Source: a plasmid
Length of the DNA: 64,000 bases
Sequence record: NZ_CP072215.1
Strand: one strand, 5' to 3'
A program made the translations under genes and the position numbers. Under the pieces are notes generated by a model. It saw only the letters and a list, made by a program, of their open reading frames with translations. It searched no databases and was not told where the DNA came from. Positions 1-9,201 of this stretch are shown one piece after another (within the stretch, counting starts at the first letter, position 1; each line of letters begins with the position of its first letter).

Positions 1-282
1 TATTCGTTCCATTGTATAGGCTGAAACAGGTATTTCCGGCATCAGATCATCCATCTGTTCCAGACAGTCCACTACTCGTAACAGGGCAAGAAAGTTGCCC
101 ATATTGATGTTATAGGCCTTCCCGTTCTCAAACTGGCGTAAGGTGATAAGGCTGACACCGGCTTTCTCGGCAGCCTCTTTTTGGGTGAGCCTATAGGTTA
201 GCCTGTATTCCTTAAATCGTCTGCCCAGTTCCACTATGATTTCCGGATTGGCCATGGCTTGGGTGATGTGATTCGTTGTCAT
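1..282 (-). CDS. XRE-family HTH DNA-binding protein (partial; C-terminus lies beyond window start)
   Basis: Minus-strand ATG at 282..280 gives MTTNHITQAMANPEIIVELGRRFKEYRLTYRLTQKEAAEKAGVSLITLRQFENGK..., an HTH_XRE-like helix, reading open to the window edge. Absent from the ORF track because it has no in-window stop. Confidence 0.5.
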   Translation of the reverse strand, partial: MTTNHITQAMANPEIIVELGRRFKEYRLTYRLTQKEAAEKAGVSLITLRQFENGKAYNINMGNFLALLRVVDCLEQMDDLMPEIPVSAYTMERI

Positions 283-381
283 TTTACAAAGGTAAATATA
301 TTAATTGTTAAATCAAAATATGATATATAACAATTAATATATTTACTGTTATATTGAATTGTGCGCGATGTAGTTTGTGTG

Positions 382-1971
382 CTAATCCCCCAATTCCATG
401 CTACGTTTATTGCCGCCTGTAATCGGGCTTTGCGCGGGTTTTATGTCCTGAAGGCTTTTTAGCATCCCTTCCATTTGGAAGATTTTGGCGGCAGCGATGA
501 AGGTGGTGGCGGATACATCCGGCTGGAGGCTTTTCAGTGTGTTCTCCGATGGCTGATATCCTCTCATCTTCAGTTTCAGAATGGTATTGAAGTCATCATT
601 TCGCATAGCCTTCATGAAAGCCTGCTCTTGTTCGTTGGCAATGTCCGGCATATGGATCGTATGCAGTTGCTTGCCGAACAAGAGCAGGTTTTCTCCGATA
701 AAATCGGCGTGTTCCGGCTTGACCCCGCAATCCTTGGCAGTCTCATGCCAATGCGATACGGTTTCCTGTATCTCTTCGATAATCTGTTTGTGTTTCCGGA
801 TACCCATGTTCTCACCTACCTTTTGCAGATCTTCCATCGTGAAATTGTCTTGTTTGCCGTTGAGTGACAGCTGGTGGCGGTTCGTCCATTTGCCGCCCGG
901 TGTGTATGAGTAGCAGAGGTCGTATGCTGGGGCCAGTTTCCACTTCCCTTGTCTATCCATCAGGAAAGATAAGTTCTTGCTATGGTCGTCATGGTTCCGG
1001 CTCATGACGTTGAACACCATTCTTCGGTATAGTTCCTCCTGCTCTGGATAAGGGAGGTTCATCTGCCGCATGATACGGAATATCTCTTCGTATGAATGGC
1101 GTTGGTCACGGTCATAGTGGGCAAGCCCGGCCAATGTCTGTACATGGATCTTCTCTCCGTCTTCCATACGGTCAAAACGTCGTGTCATAAAGTGATATGA
1201 CTCTTTTTCCTGAAGTAACCGGCATTCCATCATATCGATACCGCAGGCTTTTGCCATCCGGTGATAGGCATATTCGATATTTCCTATTCCTTGTGGATTG
1301 TCCGTTATCTGCGTGTGTTCGCTGTATTTGCCGCCATCAAATTTCAACAGCCAATACCCGAATCCTTCAGGAGCTTTTACCTGTCCGGAGCGTACCTCTC
1401 CGGTAATATCGTTGTAGGCGATGATGGCCTTGGGCTTGGCACCTCCGGCAGATGTTCCCACTTTCAGTATATCCAGAATGTTTCTTCCTTCCTGGCGCAG
1501 TTGGACCTGAAAAGCCATTCTGTCCGTGAATACGGATTTGGCAAGCTCAGTCAGTTCCTCGATATGGAGCACTGATGATTCGTTCATGCCGTTGATTGGC
1601 GAGGACGGCTCAAACTCCAGTGCGCCCATGCCACGTTTGCCTACATAGCAAAGCCTGTCTAAAGGGGTAATCTCTTCTCCGGACAATCCCTTGCTGGCAA
1701 ACCATTCATTGATGATCTGGTTTCCGAAAGTGTCCGGCAGTGAATCGGCAAACAGGCCGGGCAACCCCTTGAAACAGTCGGTACGGTTTTCAAGGAACCG
1801 GTAGGGGGTGTTCCTGTACTGGCTGATGGGCATGATGATGGGAGAAATGTCAAGACCGGAGCGGATGAACTTCCGTTCATAGTCGAACAAGGCGGCATTG
1901 CTTTCCTTTTCCCAATAGAGAGAGCCTACGCTTTCTCCCCATAGCTTTACATCTACTATCAAATCATTCAT
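382..1971 (-). CDS. hipA: HipA-family Ser/Thr kinase toxin (type II TA), long form with ~90-aa C-terminal extension
   Basis: 529-aa ORF. HipA N-domain (VDVKLWGESVGSLYW), catalytic loop SRNHDDHSKNLSF and FDRMEDGEKIH motif. 8-nt overlap with the upstream HTH gene. Confidence 0.85.
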   Translation of the reverse strand: MNDLIVDVKLWGESVGSLYWEKESNAALFDYERKFIRSGLDISPIIMPISQYRNTPYRFLENRTDCFKGLPGLFADSLPDTFGNQIINEWFASKGLSGEEITPLDRLCYVGKRGMGALEFEPSSPINGMNESSVLHIEELTELAKSVFTDRMAFQVQLRQEGRNILDILKVGTSAGGAKPKAIIAYNDITGEVRSGQVKAPEGFGYWLLKFDGGKYSEHTQITDNPQGIGNIEYAYHRMAKACGIDMMECRLLQEKESYHFMTRRFDRMEDGEKIHVQTLAGLAHYDRDQRHSYEEIFRIMRQMNLPYPEQEELYRRMVFNVMSRNHDDHSKNLSFLMDRQGKWKLAPAYDLCYSYTPGGKWTNRHQLSLNGKQDNFTMEDLQKVGENMGIRKHKQIIEEIQETVSHWHETAKDCGVKPEHADFIGENLLLFGKQLHTIHMPDIANEQEQAFMKAMRNDDFNTILKLKMRGYQPSENTLKSLQPDVSATTFIAAAKIFQMEGMLKSLQDIKPAQSPITGGNKRSMELGD

Positions 1972-2278
1972 GGTTATCTTGTTTTAAATGGCGTACACGG
2001 TAGCGTTTCTTTCCTTGCAGTTTTTTGAGCTCTATCGGGCTGACCCGGATTTCCGGTACCAGTTGCTCCAGGTTCTCCAGCAGGCCGAGCGAGCGGAGTA
2101 CGCTGATGAACAACAGCAGCGATACCGATTTGCCCTTCTCGATGTTCGCAACGGTCAAGGGGCTTACACCGGAAGCCGTTGCCAGTTCTTCCTGCGTGAT
2201 ATGCTGCCTGATACGTGTCTCTTTGATGCGCTGGCCGATTCTCATCAGCACAGCTGGATTGCTCATTTCATTCCACAT
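1964..2278 (-). CDS. hipB: HipB-like XRE-family HTH antitoxin/regulator
   Basis: ORF 1964..2365. The conserved HTH (ITQEELATASGVSPLTVANIEKGKS) begins at internal start MWNEMS (~2278). Translationally coupled to hipA. Confidence 0.7.
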   Translation of the reverse strand: MWNEMSNPAVLMRIGQRIKETRIRQHITQEELATASGVSPLTVANIEKGKSVSLLLFISVLRSLGLLENLEQLVPEIRVSPIELKKLQGKKRYRVRHLKQDNHE

Positions 2279-2443
2279 GGTTGTTCCTTTTTTGCAAATA
2301 TACAAATAATCCATGTAAATATATAGATTAACTTGAATATATGATGTTAATCTATATGAATACAATGATTATAGTTGCTTTATCGGCTGTTTTTTTCTTT
2401 GAACTAGGATGAAAACTGACTAAAATCACAATGTGTTGTGAAT

Positions 2444-2599
2444 ATGAAAGAGCTAGGAAAGATGATTAAAGAGTGCAGGAAGAGTTTGAAGGTCAATCAG
2501 CTGGAACTTCTCCGAACTGGCGGGCGTGGGCATCAATACGCTGGTGGCCATCGAGCGTGGAGAAGGCAATCCTAAATTGGCTACTGCTTTCCATTGGAG
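2444..2599 (+). pseudogene. small XRE-family HTH regulator, apparently frameshifted
   Basis: ATG at ~2444 encodes MKELGKMIKECRKSLKVNQLELL in one frame. The HTH continuation (LA.GVGINTLVAIERGEGNPKLATAFHWS-stop) is in a +1 frame after the GGCGGG run near 2520. Confidence 0.3.
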
Positions 2600-2729
2600 T
2601 TGATTAAAGTGCGGAAAAATGTATAAGATTGCTTCTATTATCTGTTTATTTTAGTATATTTGTGCTTTAAATAAGTGCGGATAAATGTATTATACGCTGT
2701 TTTTACATGTATAAAAATGCTGTTTGTAG

Positions 2730-4010
2730 ATGAAAAGATTTGTTTTGCAACAACTTATAGAATGGAAAAACCGTGAGGATAGAAAACCTCTGATTTTAAA
2801 TGGTGCCCGACAAGTTGGGAAAACATGGCTGCTCCATGAGTTTGCCAAACTTGAATACAAAAAAGAGGCTTATGTGGTATGCCGTAAGAATAACCTTGCA
2901 CGCCAGCTTTTTTCTCAGGATTTCAATGTTGACAGAATTTTACGGGGGCTGCGTGCGATGACTTCCGTTGACATTACTCCGGGTGATACGCTTATTATCC
3001 TTGATGAGATACAAGATATCCCGGAAGCACTGGAATCTTTGAAGTATTTTAAAGAGGAGGTTCCGGAGTATCATATAGCTGTGGCAGGTTCACTTTTGGG
3101 GATATCCCTTCATCAGGATGTGTCTTATCCCGTAGGGAAGGTAAATGTCATCAATATATTTCCTATGAACTTTGAAGAGTTTCTTGTCGCCAAGGGAGAA
3201 GAAGAAGCTTGTAAATTGCTTATGAGTGGGGATTTTGAAACGATAAGCCTCCTGCATGACAAATATACGGATCTCCTTCGGCAATATTATTATGTAGGTG
3301 GTATGCCGGAAGTTGTACTCAAATATGTAGAAACGGATTCCTTGCTGGAAGTCAGAAGAATACAGTCGGAGATTTTGCAAGGCTATGATCTTGACTTCTC
3401 AAAACATGCGCCCAAAGAACAGGTTCCGCGTGTCCGAATGGTATGGAACAGCATTCCTTCCCAATTATTTAAAGAAAACAAGAAATTCATTTACGGAGCT
3501 TTGCGAAAAGGTGCCAGAGCCAATGATTTTGAGATGGCCATTCAATGGCTTGTAAATGCCGGGTTGTTGTATAAAGTGCCTCGATGTACCAAACCGGAGC
3601 TTCCGCTTGATATTTATGAAGACCTGTCGGCTTTCAAACTCTATATGGTTGATTTGGGGCTTATGGGTGCTATGGTCAAGACAGATCCGGCCCAAGTCTT
3701 GATTAAAAACGACATATTTAAGGAATACAAGGGAGGAATGACTGAACAGTATGTATTGCAGCAGATGAAAAGTAAGGGCGTGTCACCGATTTATTACCAT
3801 AACACAGACAATTCGCGTCTTGAGTTGGATTTTGTTATTCAACGTAATGCCCAAATGGTGCCGATAGAAGTGAAGGCCGAAGGGAATGTCCGGGCCAATT
3901 CGTTGACAGCATTACTGGGAAAAAGACCGGAATTGCATGCGGAGAGATTTTCTATGTTGCCTTATAAAGTACAGGGTAATCTTACAAATTTTCCGCTATA
4001 TGCAATATAG
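2730..4010 (+). CDS. AAA-family ATPase with DUF4143-type C-terminal domain
   Basis: 426 aa. Walker A GARQVGKTW, Walker B LIILDEIQ. Typical Bacteroides ATPase architecture. Confidence 0.85.
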   Translation: MKRFVLQQLIEWKNREDRKPLILNGARQVGKTWLLHEFAKLEYKKEAYVVCRKNNLARQLFSQDFNVDRILRGLRAMTSVDITPGDTLIILDEIQDIPEALESLKYFKEEVPEYHIAVAGSLLGISLHQDVSYPVGKVNVINIFPMNFEEFLVAKGEEEACKLLMSGDFETISLLHDKYTDLLRQYYYVGGMPEVVLKYVETDSLLEVRRIQSEILQGYDLDFSKHAPKEQVPRVRMVWNSIPSQLFKENKKFIYGALRKGARANDFEMAIQWLVNAGLLYKVPRCTKPELPLDIYEDLSAFKLYMVDLGLMGAMVKTDPAQVLIKNDIFKEYKGGMTEQYVLQQMKSKGVSPIYYHNTDNSRLELDFVIQRNAQMVPIEVKAEGNVRANSLTALLGKRPELHAERFSMLPYKVQGNLTNFPLYAI

Positions 4011-4125
4011 GTGTATCCTTTTCCCATGCCGGTCATACCGTTAGAACTGATTGATAAGTATGATGCGTATGTTGGCCGGTATGTCTATCTTTGTGGCAAT
4101 GAAAACAGAGAGAGGATTGATTTAC
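4011..4125. repeat. ~110-bp direct repeat, copy 1 (copy 2 at 20557..20668, ~90% identical)
   Basis: CCGGTCATACCGTTAGAACTGATTGATAAGTATGATGCGTATGTTGGCCGGTATGTCTATCTTTGTGGCAATGAAAACAGAGAGAGGATTGATTT seen at both loci. Contains a TAtcTTTG (-7-like) motif. Confidence 0.7.
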
Positions 4126-4234
4126 GCCTTGTTTTCCGGGACGGAAAGGAGATTGGCACGGATGATCTGAATCTGTATTATAATTGATGTGACGGCTTGG
4201 ATGTCCCCCGGATGAATGTTCGGGGGATTCTTTT

Positions 4235-4320
4235 TCTTTTGGGCGTTCCTGTGGGACGGTCGGGCTTTACGTTTCAAGTCCTCGCCTAAAGGCTGTGGGC
4301 TTTACTCTGCAATCCCTAAC
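4235..4320. repeat. GC-rich conserved element, copy 1 (copy 2 at 22395..22500)
   Basis: GGGCGTTCC...GGGCT..TTCAAGTCCTCG...CTGCAATCCCTAACGC shared with 22395..22500. Overlaps the 3' end of the LuxR-type gene. Confidence 0.5.
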
Positions 4321-5422
4321 GCATGGCTGAAAACTCTTCTTGCCGGTGTTCTTCTTCTTCATACAGCCTCATGCGTTCTTGTAATGCTTCTTTTAAATTG
4401 TCGCTTTTTTTCAGTCCGAGTTTGGCACGTATGTTCGCTCGTTGGCTGGTTATGTTTCCGCTACTCCGATGTAATAATTCGCATATTTGGCTGACGGTCT
4501 TGTCTTGCAGTATTAAACGGCAGATGTTTAATTCGGACGGGGATAAATTGGGATATATTCTCCTGATTGTATCAAGTTTACTTTTTTCCTTTTTCTGGTA
4601 TGCGGCAAGGGCTGTAAAAAGATTTTCTTTGGATTGTTCCCCTATTATGTTTAACAGGGAGCTTGTCTTTTCTTCCGGGTTATTCTCGCTTAACAACTCG
4701 GCGAACGCGAATAGTTCTTCCTTTTTCATTTGGAGACGTTTCAAAAGCATTTCCTCTTCCTCTTTTAGCAAGTTGCTACTTTTTAGCAAGCTGCTGATAT
4801 TACTGTGTAAGGATCTTCCTAATAAGGGGATCATGGTGTATATGATGATGATCAAAGGCAGATAACTGTATAGGAACGGTTCGTCGGTGATAAGTGTGCA
4901 GATTGTATAGGAAGCTATGGTAAGGGAGGACAATAGGATGGAGATATTACTCATATAGGCACAGATGGAAAGCATGGTAAATAAGAGAGAGATAGTAATG
5001 TTACTCATTATCAATGCTCTTTGATAACTATATTCATATCCGCTACATATTGAGCAATAAATTATTTCGATAAAAATCTCGATATGTATGGCTATCAGTA
5101 TAATGGAAAAGGTCGTGGTCAGATTTACTCTCTTTTTAAAATAAGCGAGAGTGCACATAATGATAAACAGGAATAATACGCTGTTAATATAATAAAACTG
5201 TTCATTGGGAAATGGAACTGAATATATGTATATGGGTGCGCATAAGACCAGCATGAGCAGGGATAGATGAAAGACTCGTTTTTGTTGATACGTTATTATC
5301 ATTTCTCTTTCTTTTTTGTCGTAAGTTTGAGTTTTTATTGAACTTAGAAAAGAGGCGGCTTTTGTGCTGATTTTCATGTGTTTTATTGTTTTAAGTGTTA
5401 TTAAGTATAATGTTTCCTGCAA
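4316..5422 (-). CDS. polytopic membrane protein with C-terminal LuxR/GerE-type HTH (membrane-bound transcriptional regulator)
   Basis: 368 aa. ~8 hydrophobic helices, then LSPSELNICRLILQDKTVSQICELLHRSSGNITSQRANIRAKLGL (LuxR-family HTH). Confidence 0.7.
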   Translation of the reverse strand: MQETLYLITLKTIKHMKISTKAASFLSSIKTQTYDKKEREMIITYQQKRVFHLSLLMLVLCAPIYIYSVPFPNEQFYYINSVLFLFIIMCTLAYFKKRVNLTTTFSIILIAIHIEIFIEIIYCSICSGYEYSYQRALIMSNITISLLFTMLSICAYMSNISILLSSLTIASYTICTLITDEPFLYSYLPLIIIIYTMIPLLGRSLHSNISSLLKSSNLLKEEEEMLLKRLQMKKEELFAFAELLSENNPEEKTSSLLNIIGEQSKENLFTALAAYQKKEKSKLDTIRRIYPNLSPSELNICRLILQDKTVSQICELLHRSSGNITSQRANIRAKLGLKKSDNLKEALQERMRLYEEEEHRQEEFSAMR

Positions 5423-5441
5423 AAATAACTGTTTTTTTTTT

Positions 5442-5458
5442 TTTTTTTGTATGTTTAA
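5442..5458. repeat. T17 homopolymer tract in the divergent intergenic region
   Basis: Uninterrupted run of 17 T (A17 on minus) about 20 bp upstream of the LuxR-type regulator start and ~225 bp upstream of the fimbrial-operon start. Confidence 0.9.
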
Positions 5459-5681
5459 GTACTTTTCTTTATGATGTTAAGTGTTTTTAATTGTTGTGTA
5501 AGCGTGATTGGCTGCTGTGGTAAGTGTTGTAGCTGTTGTGTGGTTGTCTTTTTAAGTATTTATAAGTTTAAAATACTTGTTTTTTGCTTTGGAGGTTGGT
5601 TTATAAGTGCATATCTTTAGCGGTTGAAATTCAGGGGGTGTAAAAGCCTGGGTTTGGATTGTCATATTAACAAATGATTAA

Positions 5682-6914
5682 ATGACGAAAAGATGTTTTT
5701 TTTATATTAAATGTGTATTGTTCGTGCTCGTGTTGAGTATAAGCGGAGAAATATCCGCTCAGGAGAAGCGTGATTCGGTAAGGATCTATTTTCATCAAGG
5801 AAAGGTAAATATAGATACATGTTTACTTGACAATGGGAACGAGATGGAGCGGTTTGCTAAAATCTGTTCCGCATTGAACGACTCCGTCCGTCTTATCAGG
5901 AAAATTCAAATAATAGGAGGAGCTTCCCCGGAAGGAGGGGGGCTGTTGAATGGAAGGCTGTCTGAAAAACGAGCAGAGGTTTTGTGGCGGTATATATCAC
6001 CTTATATAAAGATTCCGGTATTGGAGAAGGATTTTCATTTTTCGGGAAGCGACTGGAACGGACTTATAACGATGGTGAGAGCGGATGTGAATGTTCCGGA
6101 GAGGGAGGATGTCCTTCGTTTGTTGGAGAAGATCGTCCGTTTGGAAAACCAGGACAGCCCTTATTTGGGGGGAGAACTGAAAAGACTGAAAGGGGGGAGG
6201 CCATACTCATATTTGTATAAATTCCATTTTCCGAAACTTCGTTCGTCGATGGTGAAAATATGCTATGATAGTGATCCGATAAATCCCGTCAGAGATACGG
6301 TATATATACATACACGTGATACGTTGTGCATCCGTGATACCGTTACCGTCATAGCTCCGGTAAAGAAACGGCCGTTTTGCATGGCGGTGAAAACAAACTT
6401 GCTTTATGACGCTGTTTTGATACCTGACATCGGGGTTGAGTTCTGTTTGGGGAAGAACTGGTCTGTGGCCGGGAATTGGATGTATGCCTGGTGGAAAAGT
6501 GATCGGAAGCATAATTATTGGCGTATCTATGGGGGAGATGTGGAGTTGCGCCGCTGGTTCGGTCGGAGAGCGGTGGAAAAACCGTTTTCCGGGCATCATG
6601 TCGGATTGTACGGGCAGATCGTCACCTATGATTTCGAATTGGGTGGGAAAGGTTACTTGGGGGATAAATGGAGTTACGGGGGAGGCGTGGCTTACGGCTA
6701 CTCGTTACCTGTGGGACATCGGTTCAATGTGGATTTCACGTTGGGAATCGGCTACCTTGGAGGATCGTACAAGGAGTACATCCCTTTGGACGGTCACTAT
6801 GTATGGCAGACCACTAAAAACCGCCGCTGGTTCGGCCCGACCAAGGCGGGTATCTCTTTGGTGTGGTTGATCGGGCGGGGGAATTATAGCCGGAAGAAAG
6901 GAGGCAGGCAGTGA
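5682..6914 (+). CDS. secreted protein with DUF3575-like C-terminal beta-barrel-like domain; first gene of a putative Mfa-like (type V pilus) operon
   Basis: Signal peptide VLVLSISGEISAQE. C-terminal half rich in G/Y/W beta-strand pattern (LLYDAVLIPDIGVEF...GISLVWLIG). Gene order matches Bacteroides fimbrillin loci. Confidence 0.5.
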   Translation: MTKRCFFYIKCVLFVLVLSISGEISAQEKRDSVRIYFHQGKVNIDTCLLDNGNEMERFAKICSALNDSVRLIRKIQIIGGASPEGGGLLNGRLSEKRAEVLWRYISPYIKIPVLEKDFHFSGSDWNGLITMVRADVNVPEREDVLRLLEKIVRLENQDSPYLGGELKRLKGGRPYSYLYKFHFPKLRSSMVKICYDSDPINPVRDTVYIHTRDTLCIRDTVTVIAPVKKRPFCMAVKTNLLYDAVLIPDIGVEFCLGKNWSVAGNWMYAWWKSDRKHNYWRIYGGDVELRRWFGRRAVEKPFSGHHVGLYGQIVTYDFELGGKGYLGDKWSYGGGVAYGYSLPVGHRFNVDFTLGIGYLGGSYKEYIPLDGHYVWQTTKNRRWFGPTKAGISLVWLIGRGNYSRKKGGRQ

Positions 6915-7831
6915 TACGGATACGCTTTAGTCTGGTGTTCATATTTTTATGGATAGGACTGACGGCTTGTGAGCATAAGGATTTATGTTACGATCATCCG
7001 CACTTTGCCACGGTGCGGGTAATATTCGACTGGACCAAGATTTCCAATCATGACAAGCCTGAAGGCATGAGGGTCGTATTTTATCCGACCGACGATGAAA
7101 GCAACACGTGGATATTTGATTTCCCCGGAGGAGAGGATGGGGAAGTGGAGCTTCCCGAGAATGATTACCGGGTAATTTGCTTCAACTACGATACCGACGG
7201 GATGGTTTGGAAAGAAAACGGCAGTTACACGCTTTTTACTGCCGATACGCGTGATGTGCAGTCGCCGGATAACCGGACAATGGCTGTCACCCCACCTTGG
7301 CTGTGTGGCGACCATATAGACGAAGTTATCCTCAAGGACATTCCGGGAGGAAGCGCGGAGATAGTACGGCTGACTCCCGTAAACATGGTATGTCACTACA
7401 CGTATGAGGTGAACGGTCTTCGGGGACTGGATAGGGTGGCGGATTTGCGGGCCGCTCTTTCCGGCATGTCCGGCTCGCTTAACATGTCCGCCGACAGTTT
7501 GCCCGCCGGTCTTTCGGAGAGCCTGCTCTTTGATGGAATGGTTTCACGGAATCAGATTATAGGCGGATTCTATACGTTTGGACATTCCGCACTTGAAGGA
7601 GAGCCCAATGTTTTCCGGTTGTATCTCAAGAACCGTTCAGGCAGCATGTCTGTATTGGAACAGGACGTGAGCGGCCAAGTGCATGATGTCCCGGTAGTGG
7701 GGCATGTCGGTGATGTGCATCTGGTGTTGAATTTTGATTATGAGGTTCCATCCGAGCCGGGAAGTGACGGTGCGGGATTTGATGTGGACGTTGATGATTG
7801 GGATGATGTGAATATGGATATAGTGTTGTAA
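6911..7831 (+). CDS. lipoprotein, putative Mfa2/FimB-like fimbrial accessory/anchor subunit
   Basis: Lipobox LTAC. 4-nt overlap with the upstream gene. Sits between the DUF3575-like gene and the fimbrillin gene. Confidence 0.4.
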   Translation: MIRIRFSLVFIFLWIGLTACEHKDLCYDHPHFATVRVIFDWTKISNHDKPEGMRVVFYPTDDESNTWIFDFPGGEDGEVELPENDYRVICFNYDTDGMVWKENGSYTLFTADTRDVQSPDNRTMAVTPPWLCGDHIDEVILKDIPGGSAEIVRLTPVNMVCHYTYEVNGLRGLDRVADLRAALSGMSGSLNMSADSLPAGLSESLLFDGMVSRNQIIGGFYTFGHSALEGEPNVFRLYLKNRSGSMSVLEQDVSGQVHDVPVVGHVGDVHLVLNFDYEVPSEPGSDGAGFDVDVDDWDDVNMDIVL

Positions 7832-7876
7832 TATGAGTTTATTAATTATATGTATCAATTTGATTTATTTTTATTT

Positions 7877-9013
7877 ATGAAAAAAAGTACAGTAATGCTT
7901 TGGGCAATCTTTGGAGCTCTACTCATGGGTTGCTCAGACGAGGAGATTGCGAATGTGGAAACCTCCTCACGGAATGCGATTGGTTTTAACGTGTTAAGTA
8001 ATGCGGCGGAAACGAGGGCTACCCCTACTACCAACACCAACTTGAAGAACACCGATTTCGACGTGTTCGCTTTTACGGCGGATGGTACTGCCTTCATGGG
8101 AAAGGTAGACACGGATTTTGGACATGACGGAGTGAATATCGTGTACAATAATGGTAAGTGGGATTATAAAAATGCGAGCGACCTTCGTTATTGGCCTACC
8201 GAGGCTTTGGACTTTTACGCATTCAATCCCGGAACGGTTGATGAAGCCATGCAGTGGAGTTATATGTGGGAAGCCACCAAGGATACTCAAAAGATAACTT
8301 ATTCCTGCTCCGATGAGTATGGATCTGGTATCAATGCTCATGAAAACTACGACGTGATGTATGCCATAGCCAAAGGCCAGACAAAAGACAAGAACAACGG
8401 AGTAGTGAAATTTAACTTCAAGCATATTCTGTCACAGGTCGTATTCAAAGCAAAGACCGAATACGATAACATGCAGGTGAATATAAAGGACATCAAGATT
8501 TTTAATGTAAAAATGGGCGGCGTCTACACATTGCCTGCGACAGCCGATGGAACGGGAAGTTGGGCTGTGGGTGATTGGCCTGAAAGCTCTACAGGAGGAG
8601 GTTTTATTACCGTAGTGCAAGGCAAATTCATCGAGGTCAATAGTAATACCACAGCTACCGATATTTCCGAAAAAACTCCTATGCTGAATATACCACAGAA
8701 GCTGACAGCATGGAAAGTTTCCGAAGAAGCCACCAATACCAAGATAAAAGCCGACGGTGCGCATCAATGTTACCTGTCGATCACCTGCAAAATCCAGCAG
8801 TCCGGAGGTTATCTGTTGGGTTCAGCAGATAGTTACGGAACAATTTATGTTCCGTTCGGAGATACATGGGTAGCGGGCAAGCGTCATATCTACACGTTGA
8901 TTTTCGGTGGTGGTTATACTGATCAGGGAGAGGCTGTGTTGAATCCGATCCAGTTTGATGCAGAGACAACAGGCTGGGTTGATGCAAATAGCAACGTAAA
9001 CGTTAAACCTTAA
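7877..9013 (+). CDS. fimbrillin-family lipoprotein (Mfa1/FimA-like)
   Basis: ORF from 7850; likely start MKKSTVMLWAIFGALLMGCSDEE (lipoprotein signal). Size and composition typical of Bacteroidales fimbrillins. Confidence 0.5.
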   Translation: MKKSTVMLWAIFGALLMGCSDEEIANVETSSRNAIGFNVLSNAAETRATPTTNTNLKNTDFDVFAFTADGTAFMGKVDTDFGHDGVNIVYNNGKWDYKNASDLRYWPTEALDFYAFNPGTVDEAMQWSYMWEATKDTQKITYSCSDEYGSGINAHENYDVMYAIAKGQTKDKNNGVVKFNFKHILSQVVFKAKTEYDNMQVNIKDIKIFNVKMGGVYTLPATADGTGSWAVGDWPESSTGGGFITVVQGKFIEVNSNTTATDISEKTPMLNIPQKLTAWKVSEEATNTKIKADGAHQCYLSITCKIQQSGGYLLGSADSYGTIYVPFGDTWVAGKRHIYTLIFGGGYTDQGEAVLNPIQFDAETTGWVDANSNVNVKP

Positions 9014-9039
9014 ACAAAAAGTTTATCAATATCGTACCC

Positions 9040-9098
9040 GTTGGCAGGTTAAACATACGCAAGATTAATCCCGCCAACGGGTTCTTTATAGGGAATCG
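9040..9098 (+). terminator. hairpin ACCCGTTGGC...GCCAACGGGT followed by TCTTTAT
   Basis: 10-bp inverted repeat downstream of the fimbrillin stop. Confidence 0.35.
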
Positions 9099-9201
9099 CA
9101 TTTTCAATATACTTTTTGATGTGTAGGGGTGCTTTTTGCGTACCTTTTTCCTGGAGAATTTCTTTTGTGGAGTGTTTGCCCTGTATATTCCCGATACGCT
9201 G

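Noticed and set aside
283-381. 11-bp inverted repeat ATTAATTGTTA-N20-TAACAATTAAT between the hipA stop and the partial HTH gene start
   Set aside because: Plausibly an operator for the partial XRE gene, but the region is extremely AT-rich, where such repeats arise easily. Left as a note.
1988-2326. Plus-strand ORFs antisense to hipB and hipA, and the many other antisense ORFs inside large genes (for example 58416..59864 inside traG, 50796..51389 inside the 490-aa gene)
   Set aside because: They are shadow ORFs of GC-rich, well-supported genes on the opposite strand, with no independent motif support.
4235-4320. GC-rich element as a tRNA 3' fragment (attachment-site signature)
   Set aside because: Contains TTCAAGTCC reminiscent of a T-loop, but no complementary T-stem or acceptor stem could be drawn in either copy. 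Not called as tRNA.
4216-4494. 92-aa plus-strand ORF overlapping the GC element and the 3' end of the LuxR-type gene
   Set aside because: Low-complexity (poly-F / W), antisense to a well-supported gene, and lies in a repeated non-coding element.
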